A stretch of DNA of 64,000 bases from Lytechinus pictus (Eukaryota). A model generated the notes under the pieces. That model ran no database searches. It saw only the letters and a list, made by a program, of their open reading frames with translations, and had not been told where the DNA came from. Positions 1 to 12,700 of the stretch are shown here, piece by piece (the stretch's first letter is position 1; every line of letters begins with the position of its first letter). The DNA is taken from NCBI RefSeq assembly GCF_037042905.1, contig NC_087250.1:24120001-24184000 (forward strand), read 5' to 3'. A program made the position numbers and the translations under genes.

Positions 1-658
1 AAATTGTCAATGAACTTTCCAAGCAAAATCTATATTTTACCCCTAAGGGACTGGGCTATATGAGATTTATTGAGGTAGGGAGGGGGAATCATATGATGGC
101 TCCCCTTCTGATCTTGGGGTTATGGGGGGGGGGGGCAACAGTATTGTCCATGATGTGAGCAACTGGAATGTAGCTTGAGTATACTGCACTACTATTGATA
201 GAAGAGCAATTCCATAAGATTTTTATGTCTGACCCTCCTATAAATGGAACCTGCCTGAATTTACTTATCTTAGTTTTCTAGCTTGGCATCCTGTCAAAAG
301 TCTTGAGCTGCGTCTTTTCTGCAGGAAAATTGCAAGCAGCTTTTCATTACTGATAACATCATGCGTAATTTAGTGGTCATGCCCCTTACTACGATGTCAT
401 TGACTTTGAGCGTTGAAAGTTGAGATCGCTTTTCATGACTGATTCTGACATTTTATCGTGGACAAAAGTATGAGGAGTATGGTAAATTGGATATGAAAAG
501 ACACATATTGCCTTTAAAGCTGACAACACTTGACAAAATGCTCTTAACTGATAGTGACTTGGGCAGTTCATGAATTGAAATAAGAATGTAGAGAAACTAG
601 GATGGGATGTTTAAGAAAATAATGATAATCACTTCCTATTATTGTTCCCTTCTTGTAG

Positions 659-792
659 ATGTTCTTCATCCATCGTGGTGTTGTTGAGGTTGTCTCTGAA
701 GACGGATCAATTGTCTTTGATACAATGCAATCTGGTAGATTCTTTGGTGAAATCAGTCTGGTCTTCAGTTGTCCAAGAACTGCCTCCATCAG
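659..792 (+). CDS. CNGK: Channel exon: CNBD beta-roll with canonical phosphate-binding cassette
   Basis: ttgtag|ATG...ATC AG|gtagga; MFFIHRGVVEVVSEDGSIVFDTMQSGRFFGEISLVFSCPRTASIR contains FGE...RTA. Confidence 0.93.
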
Positions 793-3700
793 GTAGGATG
801 AATTATCTGGGGCCCGTTTCACAAATAGTTACAACTGTTGTAACTTTGCCATTATGTCAACTACCACCATGGTTACCTTAATTATGATTGGCTTCTACGC
901 CCTGTTACCATGGTAGTTGCCATATTGGCAAAGTTACAACAGTTATAACTTTTTATGAAACCCGCCCCAGGTCTTTGCACCAAGACCAGGGTCTCTTCGC
1001 ATGAAAGAATGAACTTTTATATATAGTAACTTTACTTCTAATGTTATATGTCTCCACTTCGTGCTCCATATAAGTTTTGTATTGCTTTCAAATTCGCATT
1101 TACTATGGGGAAACTCTCTACAACGCACCACTTCCTTTAAAATTGCAAATTAAATTACAATGGAGTGTTGAGAGGCTTTTGTCAAAAGTTGGTTGACCGG
1201 GACAGCATCGGAATCTGTTGACTCTGGACAACGACATACATTTTTTAGCAATTCTTCGTCCAGTGCAAATCTTTTGATGATCTGCTGCCCCACTCCACCA
1301 ACTTTCGACAAAAGCCTTGCAGCTGTCCATTGTGATTTTGATTGCATTTTCAAAGGAATCGATGCATTATAGAGAATTTCCCTGTAGTAAATGTGAGAGC
1401 TATGGCTTGAATAATTCATTAAGTCATTTGAAATACTTTGCTTGCACATACAAAAAGGTTTATTATTACAGGATTTCCGCTACATCTCTCACATGAACAT
1501 TCAGTCTTTACATATTTGATCATTGCTCTTACTTACCAGGGCGGAGAACAATGTGGACATGTTTGTGCTCAACAAGGAAGATCTAGATGAGGTACTGACC
1601 CACTACCCATCCATCAAGGATCAGATCAACAAGGTTGCTGAGGAGAGGATCACTGCTGTACGCAAGAGAAGCGAGGCCAAAGTTGACCAGGCAGTGAGTT
1701 CTCAATCCCTCATTTTCAGAATTCACCTACTCTGTGTAAAGTTAATAAACTATTCTAGCCCCATGATTCTAGACCCCTAGGAAGCATTTCATGAAAAATT
1801 TTGTCAGCGATTTTCACCGACTCATTTTTAGGCAATCAGATGCAAGGATTCGCAGTAGCTTTTTAACAATATTCAACTAAAAATTACTGACTTATTTCAT
1901 GAAATGTTCCCCTTGTTAAAGCAATCCTGTTAGTAGCTCATAGAGGATGCTGCATGTATCCTGAGATGATAGTATAGTGAAGTTAACCATCAAAACAAAG
2001 GCCATCAATCGCACATATCCAATATTTTGCACTGCATTTTATTTTCAGAGCAACACCCCAAACAACAGCAATAACAACAGCATCAAGGGTAGTAGCTTCA
2101 ACAGCATTGAGAAGTCTGAGAACTCTACGGCCAGCGCAAGCAGCAGCAGCCACCCATCATGCTCTTCTACTGCCGACAATGCCAGCAGCCAGACCCGACC
2201 GGAGGACGGACATTCCACCGGTACCGCAGCAGCTGCCAGTGATAACAGGAGTGAGCCGGAGAGTCCCAGCGTCAGCAGCACGGCAGCCACAACGCCAACG
2301 TCTACTAGTCCACCACCACCACCCCCTGGTGAAGCACCCATGAAGCCGGCCCGTCAGATCCCACAGCCCAATGCCAATAACAATGCCAGCACTGCGGAAG
2401 GTAGTGGTAATAACAACAACCAAGGAGGAAATAATGGTAAGACATTGCTTTACCCTTCCACATCAATTGTAAAGGGATTTTAATTATTAGTCAAGTTTCA
2501 AAATAATGATGGTGGACAGTGATCTGGGTCCTGTAACACAAAGGCTAGCGATTAATTGTAGGCTTGATTTTCATGATTGATTGTGCATTGAAGTCAATGC
2601 AATCACTTGTAGAAAAATGTCTTACGATCATTGCAAACCTATGTGTTACGGGCCCCTGCTCTTCTATGCCACATATCATGTCCATGGTTGTTGGAAATGG
2701 GTAGTTTATAGTTATGTGTATTGAGTGTAGAGCTTAACAAGGATTGGTAAAGAACTCCAAAGATGCCGAGCAACCAGTGGTGTATTTTCTATTGAAGAAA
2801 AAGTTTTTATTGTCTGTTTGGTGATGAAATTTCTCATAAAAGTCCCATATTCGAATGAAATTAGAGATCCCTAAAGTATTTTTTTATCAATATCAATTAT
2901 TCATCTTTCTTTTATAGATTTATTATATTTTCATTGAAGAAGTTAGCAACACTTGATAACACTGATTTATAGTGTAGTCTGTTGAATCTTACTGTTCAAA
3001 GCCTTTACTCTTTAATCTTAACAGCCTCCAACACACAATCTGATCCATCAGCTCCTGACAGCTCCTCCTCCACGACCCACGTACCAACTCGCTACCCCAT
3101 GCCGTTCTGCTGCATCAGACGTGATAAGAACTACCTAGAGGCACTTCTCCACGCCAACCGCTTTGTTCTGAACCCCGACAGCCCTGTGGTGCGTAACCTG
3201 GCCAGACTGACATGTTGCCTAGCTGTAGCGACTTCTTGGACCATCATGTACCAGGTAGATATAATTTTATTTTTGTTTCATAGTGATCTAGATCTAGAAG
3301 TTTTTGTTGTCATGCCATACAGGGTAGGAGGGATGGTAAACAATATATTGAATTGAATAGTCGATTGTATCTCTTACGTTACAGGGCATAACAGTGATAT
3401 GTTGCTTGGCTACACAGAAAGTTATTAGAAATTTGGAGTTCAGCAAACTTTTGGAAATACTGAAAATAACTGAACACCAAAATATGTGGTTACTGCACAG
3501 GGTAGCCCTGTTTCAAAACCATAATAAAGATAAATAATGCATTTTGCTTCCTTTGTGTTTCTGCAGGCTTTCTACCAGGTCCAGAGCATGCCTTTCCTCA
3601 TCTTCAGCTATGTCTGTGAATGTGTCTTCATCTTTGAGGTCAGTTTAAAATATGGTTATATTTGTCTAATGCTCATTGGTGATTTGGTTAGATTTCATTC

Positions 3701-6700
3701 ATTTTCTGAATTTTAATCTTTTTTTAATTCTTTGAACTGGAAGAATCTCAATCTTTTTTTTCAATAGTAGTTCTCTAGGCATCATAAGGTTCTTGTAGAT
3801 ATATTTTGTACAATGAGTATCTTGCTTTTAGCCCTAAACAGCGTCTTGCTTCCTCAGGAAATGTTGTCTTGTGGATCTATTGTTATTGTAAGGGTTGTAC
3901 TAGCCAGAAATAATCATACATTCGTATTGATTTTGTATATTATTTTGAGTAGGATACAAAATATGAATTATCTATTCTTTTGTAAGGGATGAACAAGGTC
4001 AGGTATTTACCATTTTGCCCATTCCTTTAGATCTACATTAAGTTCCATGTCAGCAATGCAGACGAATACGGCGCCCTTGAGAAAGACTTCAGCAAGATAT
4101 ACAAAAGCTACTTACGCAAGTGGAGCGGTTTCGCACAGGACCTGATACCTACGCTTCCCATAGAGCTCTTTGCATTCCTGGCCCAGGGGGATAAGCACTT
4201 TGCAGTACTGTCATTCCTGAGGTTCCGACAGGTTATACGTCTGATGCGTGTGTCACAGTTCTTTGATAGATGGGAACAGGAACTTAATATCAAGTAAGTA
4301 ATGAAAGAGTCTTTGATTGTAAGATGTCTCATAAATGTAAAGTGGTCACTTATTCTGGAGTTTACGAGGAGTTCAGTGTTACCTAGACCCCTGTTACACT
4401 GGATATTCTACCCAATACCAGTCTCAGGGCGCCCCGAGACTGGTTTTCAAAAAGTTGATCTAAATTTTTGACCCCCTATTACACCGGAATCATAACGAGT
4501 CTTGGTGCCTTCCCCCCCACTGAGACAGCTTTCTGTGCGTTTACAGTGACTTACCAAAGCTGTCCGAGATTAATTTAGCAGGGCGCCAAGTGCGTGCTGT
4601 GTTTGTTTGGATAATCGTTCCAGGTGTAGCACATCAAGCGAAACTGTCTCTGACCAGACTCGGGCAGGTTTGTGTTTACACCAAATCCAAAGCAGTCTCG
4701 GAGCACACCGCGAGGTGGTCCGAGATAGGTTTGCTGAGAAGGGGTCTCGGGTAGGTTTTTGCGTTTACACCGGATGAGAAACCTGCCCAAGACTGGTTTC
4801 AGGGCGCGCCAAGACTACATAGGAAATCCGGTGTAACAGATGTCTTACAGTCGTGCACGTTCACACCAACGCGTACATGTTATTTAATGCTTAATTTTAT
4901 TGATGGATATGCAGAAGTGCCCATCCTGTGCGCATGATCTGGCCAATGCGATGATTTGTTATATACCACATGCAACTAAAAGTGAAGAGGGACTCTATGT
5001 CACACTCGAATCTTTGTGAAACACCACCCGGTTGTGTCTAGTCCCAGTAATGGATAACCCTCTAAACCGTGTCACTGTTAGTGAGTCTTCAGACATATAC
5101 ACTAATTAGAAATACAAACAAAAAGTTGGTTTTAAAACAAGTCTGACTATGCTTCAAATTGTAATGCCAACTTTAGTTTCAGTATATTGGTCAATTGAGT
5201 TGTATATAGTTGGTTATGTAATTGTTCTCTCTTGATTATCTTTTTCATTTCAGTATCCTGAAAGTGAGATTAACCAAGTTCTTTGTTTTACTGCTGATCA
5301 TCATTCATCTGTTTGCTAGCATCTGGTACACCATAGCATGTCCTCTTGGTGTTTGCAAAGAAGGCTCATGGGCTACTAAGATGGGTAAGTTGTCCATCCT
5401 CCGTTTCTTCTTTCTTGTTCTCTCTTTTTTATTGATATTCTGTTCTCTTTTCTTCACTTCTCCATTGCAACCTTTCTTCTCTGTCAATAATAATCTCTTT
5501 TCTCTTTTCTTCCATGCACTTTGTTCTTCATTTTTGTCTCGCCTGCATAGCATAGCGACTATAGGCGACGCTATCTTAAGTTTTTGAAATGTCATCATAA
5601 CTTAGAAAGTATATGGACCTAGTTCATAAAACCCAAACATAAGGGTAATGGTGTATTATTGAAGATCCTTCCTGAGTTTCAGGTCACATGACCTAGGTCA
5701 AATGTCAGTTAGTGTCAACGAACTTTGACCATGTTGGGGGTTTAGTGGAATTGTCATCATAACTTAAATTTTTTTTGGATCTAGTTCATGAAACTTGAAC
5801 ATAAGAGCAATTAAGTATTCCTAAATACCCTGTGCGAGTTTCAGGTCACATGACCAAGGTCAAAGGTCATTTAGGGTAAACAAACTTTGATAATGTTGGG
5901 GGTATTTATGGAATCGGCATCATAAGTGTATGGATCTACACATGTAATTCATGAAACATAGACATAAGGGTAATCTGCAAGTATGTTTTGCACCCGTCTT
6001 AGGTAACATGATTGTGGTCAAAGGTCATTTTGGCTCAATGGACATACTTATTTCATTATCAAATGAGTGTTCTCTTTTGTGAATGATCATTCAATAGCTG
6101 TTTTCAAAGTCTGCACTACTGCTATATCGAATCACGTAATGCAGGCGAGACTGCAGAGGTGTTCCACTTGTTCTTTTCTTGTCATTTTACTCATTCCTAT
6201 TCGCTTACCCAATTCACTTATTTCATGCATTTGCTTTCTCTTGTCAAACATTCCTTGCAGTGCTTTGCCTTTTCACCCTTTCTCAGAGTGTTTTCTTTAT
6301 GTCCCCTATCTTCTCATCCTTTTCTTTCACATGGGTTAAGGTTGAGGATCCATAACATTTTCTCAGGCGGCAATTGCTCTGCTGTAAAATCGACACTCTG
6401 TATGGAATGACCAAATTCAACCCTGGATTTAACACTATATACTATCCTAAACCTAACCCCTTAACCTTGCTAACATACAACCCTATTGCAACCCTTATTC
6501 TAATCCTATATCTTAGATGAAATAAAGCAAGGAGCAATTGTTGCCAGAGCAAATGTTGTGTCACCAAGGCTGACATACCATTGTTGATTTTTGCCTTTGT
6601 TTATACATGTATAGGGAGCATTTATTTAGAAAATGTTGCCAGTCTTTTGTGAAAGTAGTAAATATAGTGACTGAACACTAGTGAATCTGAAATATACTGT

Positions 6701-9700
6701 TTTCATTTCCACTTAAACGATTTTGTTACGTTGGGATGGGATCGGTGATTATTGAAGGGAAGCGTAAGAAGGAAACTTTGGAGAAAGTTATACAGTTCAA
6801 ATCACTAGGTATTTAATCATCAATATTCAGCTACAGTTCGAAGTACATGAAGATTCAGAGTATATCAGGAGACGATGAATATAAAATAATTTAGAAGTAT
6901 CGGGTTGAGATTCGAAGTGCAGTTAAATTAATACTGGATGGACATCTAAGTCTTGAAGTCAGTCAGTCAGGATTAGTGTGGGTCTAGTATTCTATCGTTG
7001 GTATTCTCTAACCTCTAATAATCAAGAAGTCTTATTTATATCTTTTGTTTTGGGGGTGTAACAATTTAAGGTGGGAGTGATCTAAACTTGATCTGATTGG
7101 TCTACAGGTAACTGTCTCTCAAACTTTCTTTGGTATAAGGGGTGTGGTGATGCTCTGTGCAAGTGACTGGGGCTGGAAGTGTGAGTCATACTTCTTCCTT
7201 GAAGTTAGCTGACGTCACTGAGTGTTGGTCTTTTTATGGTCAAGGTTTAGGAGTTAAATGGTATTGGGGGTTTAGGAATTCTTAGATGACATTCGGGGAG
7301 TTTGTAAACAAGTGAAGGTGAATGACTGAAAGGATAACAGAAAGTTAAATACATACATAACAATTTAAAGACCCACATCGTGCTGAACTCAGCCAAGGTG
7401 AGGTGAATGGGTAGCCAGTAGACAGAAATTCCTTCATGCTCAAGCACCCGATCAAGGTGGCTGTGCTAAAGCCAAAGTGATAATAACACCATGTTAAGCA
7501 GGGCCCGCTGGGGGAAACAGTTTTCAGAACTGAAGTAGCTACCCTGGGTAAAATATGGTATTAGTAGTAGTACATGTAGAAGTAGTCCAAGTGCTGTAAG
7601 AATCCTTACAAACAAATGACAAGAAAACAGTTGTCCAACATTTGCTATGGAGCTCACAACTTCCATTTATTGTCAATATCTCCATTTTATTCAATCTTTG
7701 ACAGGTTACAGAGGGAATGAACCATACATCTTCTATCGTTACTGTGATACTATCTACTGGGCTGTGGCTACTTTGACATCAACGGGGTATGGTGATATAC
7801 ATGCGTACAGTGTTCCTGAGCTAAGTAAGTTTAGATTTCAACAATGTCAAATGTAGAGCGAGTAGTCTTGTTCCCATACATGATACTAATTTCATTTGGT
7901 TAGGTGTTATCTTTCTCAGTCCCACAAGAAAATATTTTGACTTCATTGGTTTTATACAGAATCCAGAATCCATTTGGTCAGCATACTACCCACATTTTGT
8001 AATATGAAGAGAAAGATCTTCAGGAAAGTGAAAAACGATGGCTACAATAGTGCTGTTAGATGCTTCATAGTTTCAATAAATAGCCAGAAAATTAGTCTAA
8101 AAATCAGGAGAGTGATTACCCCCCTCCCATTTGTATGTAGACGAATGTCTGAACTTCAATATGTTCTAGATTTTTAAAACCACTACATAATAGGTTTGGG
8201 ACTTATTCCATCTTTCACATTGCATCTTCTATTTCGTGTTTGTTTCTAGTATTTGCAAGTATGGTGATGGTGTTTGGAAAGCTACTCTTCGGTTGGGTGC
8301 TCGGAAACATCGCCTCCACCCTCGCAAACGAAGAGTCGGGACGAGTCAGCTATGAAGAGAGACTTGCAGCGGTGAAGGTACGTAGGGCATTCTCACAATA
8401 TTCACTGCTCTATCCTATTCTCTGTGCGTGATGAGTCTGCTTCAGGAATATTGATATTTATGGGTCTTTATCAGCGATTTTCACTGCCATATGTTATAAG
8501 CTACTCCAAATCCTTGCATCTGATTAGCTGAGATCAAATCCATCAAACTCTTCGTGAAACACTCCCTGTAAGGTCTTTGTGTGGTGAAAATTAAAGACCC
8601 AGACCGGACCCAAAAATGAAAATCACATATCACTATATACCAATCGAAAGTTTATAGACTACTAAATACAGCAATGTTAGCTTTATGCATTTTCATCGCT
8701 TAACAGCTGAGTATTTTGCTTAAGAACAGCTCCAATTATCAGGCTTAGAAAACAGGCTTTATTGTGCTTTTCACCGGCCTCGAGACCGTGACGTCACGTT
8801 GTGTGAGAAACGTTGTGATTCCATAGGTTTGTACACAGAAAAACTGGGTGATTTTTTTGCTTTCCAGATTACGCATTTCATTTTCTTCACTTCTATCACA
8901 GAGTTATATCACATATATTTTTTCCCGCATGCTTGAATTTATGAAATCTACAGTTTTGGACTAGTTTTTGCCATATTTTATTTCCTGCTTATATGGCGCA
9001 GATTTCAATTCTACCTGCATTCAGATTATGTGTAACAACTTTTCCTGACATAGCAATTTAGGCCCAATACGAGCCAAACAAAAAAAATCACAAAAAAAAG
9101 TAGTGAATAGTTGTAAGTTTCCCTCTATTTGAACACTGAATAATTGTGACTGCCATTTTCATCTGAAAATGAAAAAAAAATTGAATTCATAATCTGGAAA
9201 TCAGAAAAATCAACCAGTTTTTTTGTACACAAACCTATGGAATCACAACCCTCCATACACAACATGACGTCATCATTTTCATGCGACGTTGGGGTGCTCA
9301 ATCGAAACAAGTTCAGGAGGAGCAATTTCTTTGATTTCTATTTAATCTTTTAAGTAATGGAAGGAGATATATGTAATATTTTTGTTATATTTCTATTCTA
9401 TGAATCATTACCTTTCAGTTGATGTATGGTTGTTTTTACCCCGGTCAGGGTCTTTATTTATTTTAAAAATCTTTTATTAAAAAAACATATACTGGTACCG
9501 CATAATAAATTACTATTGTTGGTACTAAAGTGTAGAAGAATAAGCAGCAGAATTTCTTGGTTGTAGGCTGATAATGAGACTTCATTGTATCCTCTTTTGC
9601 TTTTTATCTTGTGAAATGTGATGGAACCAAAGATTTTTTAGTACTGTTTCATTATTAACAAATATCTGTGCTAATAAGTGTTCAAATTACATGTAAAAAA

Positions 9701-12700
9701 AATCTAAAATAATTCCATTTTAGAGATCTTGCCAAGCATTTCAGCACCGCAAAGTTCGCTCAACTCTCTCAAAATATTGCATTTTATATAATTCTCTCAC
9801 AGGACCAAATGAAAGACATGCGATTGAACAGCAAGTTGAGGAATCGAGTTATTAGCTATTTTGATTATCTATGGGCACGTAACAAGTAAGTCAGAGTTTG
9901 GTATTTGATTACCAGCTAAAGCGATATATATCTCTTTTTGATATATTGCTGTTTTTCCTCTCTTCATCATGTAGAGAATATGGTAATACATTTTCCTTGT
10001 AACCCTCTAGAAAATAAAATGAATTTCACCATGTAATGCTACGGTCACTATAACAAACACCTTATGAACGATTTCATACCATGTATTGGTCCCGGTATTG
10101 GTATGTATAAAAAAACGTTTGTACGGCAATATTAAAGGTATTTGTGACCATCACATTATGCTCATATTGATAACTCTTGAAATTTATTGGACCATCCTAC
10201 CAAATAATTTGTAGTTGCAGGAATTGTATTGTATCATTACAATTAAAGGACAAGACCACCTCAACAAAAAATTGATTTGATTTAAAATAGAAAAATCCAA
10301 CAAGCATAACGCTGAAAATTTTATCAAAATCGGATGTAAAATAAGAAAGTATGACATTTTAAAGTTTCGCATAATTTCATTAAACAGTTATATGCACATC
10401 CTGGTTGGTATGCAAATAAGGAGACTGATGACGTCATCCACTCACTATTTCTTTTGTATTTTATTATATGAAATATGAAATATTTCAATTTTCTCCTCTT
10501 TGTCAAGTGAAACAATGACTAATTCCTCCCTGAATATGTGGAATTAGCATTTTATGAAAACTATGGTTCAGTCAAGTTGGTCCTTATTGTCAAATCTGTA
10601 AAAATGAAATATTGTATAATTCAAACAATGAAAAACAAAAGAGATATTGAGTGAGGGACATCATCGACTGTCTTATTTATTTGCATGTCACTGAGTTGTG
10701 CATATAACTGTTTTGTCAAAACTAATCAAAACTTTAAAACTGTCATAACTTTCTTATTTTTATATCCGATTTTGATGAAATTTTCAGTGTTATGCTAGTT
10801 TGATTTTTCTCCATTTATTCAAATCAACATTTTCCTGGGGTGAACTTCACCTTTAATGTTGTATTTCATGAAACAGGTTAAAGGATAGAAAGCAGAATGT
10901 TGCTTCTTCATCTGAGTGATTCAAGGAATACAAAAAGAATTTGAACAAACCTTAGAAATACAAATCCAGCCAGTTTATAAAGCAAATAATGCACAGTTTG
11001 TACTGTCGCAGGCATCCCGGGTTTTCACTATATGTAATTTGTCGTGCATTGTATTTACCCACTAACACATACCTGTGCATTATTTGCATTATATGAGCAA
11101 AAGTTGTAAATCATACACTGAGTTTTCTCTTTTTCATTCTTCTTGTTCAGGGGTATAGATCAAAGTATCCTCTTCAGAGATGCCCCATTCTGTCTGCAGA
11201 CTGATCTAGGTCTCGATGTTGCTGGCGAACATCTACAGAAGGTCAGTAGACAGTAGTCTTTCAGTGTTTCAGTTGGGTACCTTCACAAAGAAGCCATGTC
11301 CAAAACAGAAGTTTGAGCACCTTCTTTCATGCAGCATTCTTGCAATTGTCCTTTCATCTCTAATCATCACACTTCATCACAAAGGTGCTTTGTGTGTTTT
11401 ATACTGACTTTCTCACATTTTCCTGTTGGTTTTTAGTGGTGAATGTGATAGACAATAATTCCTGCATGAAAAACTTCCGTAATTCTTTGCAGAGACTACC
11501 TGGTTCGGAAAGGACAATGGTTACCAATATCCTATCATACTCATTACTCACCCAATAAATTTAATTTCATGCTTCATTCTTCCTGGGAAGCACTTGCTAG
11601 GTGTACATGATGGTATTCACAATCTACTACTTTCTGTTTAATAATATATTTTATGATACGTCGGGATTTATTGGACTTGGTCATGTGAATATTTATATCC
11701 TTGCAGGTGGCTCTTTTCCGAGAGGCTGACGAAGCATTCCTACGTGCTCTTTCCCTCATGCTCAAACCTGTTCTCTTTATGCCTAATGATCTCATCGTAA
11801 GACAGGGAGATGTTGGAGATGAAATGTACTTCATCTGTCGAGGAGTGGTATGATTCCTTATTTATTTTATCCTCTCATTTGGAAAAAAATACACAACTCG
11901 GCATTCGAGGAAGCATGTTAACTTCACTTGTATTTGATGCCATAACGAGAAAATGTATCATGTTAGTAATATCTAAGATGGGAGTCTCATGAAATTCATA
12001 TCGCATTTCCATGGAAAAATGGATCCTTGCCCAGAACCAAACCCATACAAATATCCCTCAAAAGCAAATTATAATTGTTTATTATGTAAATATAACCCCA
12101 AATTACATCAGAAGAAAGCACATCTTAATGGACACTAAAAGCTTAACCCTATCTTAACTGGGCTATTTCGGACCGGAGGGGGGGGGGTCAATTTGACCCC
12201 CCTCAGGCCCTCAGATCTCGGTCGCTGATTGCGCAATCGCCGCAAAAATTTGCATGCGTGTAGAGCCGGGTTTAAACTACAAGAGTGTATAGTAACATTT
12301 TCAAAATTAAAAAAATATATATTTCTATTAATTAATTATGCAAATAAGCATATGAAATTTGCCATAAATTTGTTTTTTTGTGTATGTATTTGCCTTTAAC
12401 TCAATTTATATAGCTAGTAGAATGCTAATTTTTGGTATCAATTATTACATTTCTAACAAATATCTACAAAAAAATAGCAAAAATATAATTAATTTCTTAT
12501 GTATTTTATTTTAGTTTTCTAATTCTTATGCATTTCTTTGTTTTTTCAAACCTTTGTTTTTTATTGTTTTTCCCGATGAACTTTGTCGAGGAACCTTTTG
12601 CGATCATAAATAGCATAAAATAGATCCATTTAAACCAAAAAAATAAAAATAATCATACATTTATGATTTTTGGTTGAGAAACACAATTTGCATTGATTTT

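Noticed and set aside
1150..1449. 99-aa minus-strand ORF as a nested gene exon
   Set aside because: It lies within a palindromic MITE and shows no recognisable domain.
2045..2423. Overlapping ORFs 2045-2341(-), 2107-2343(+) and 2157-2423(-)
   Set aside because: Shadow frames of the GC-richer low-complexity channel exon.
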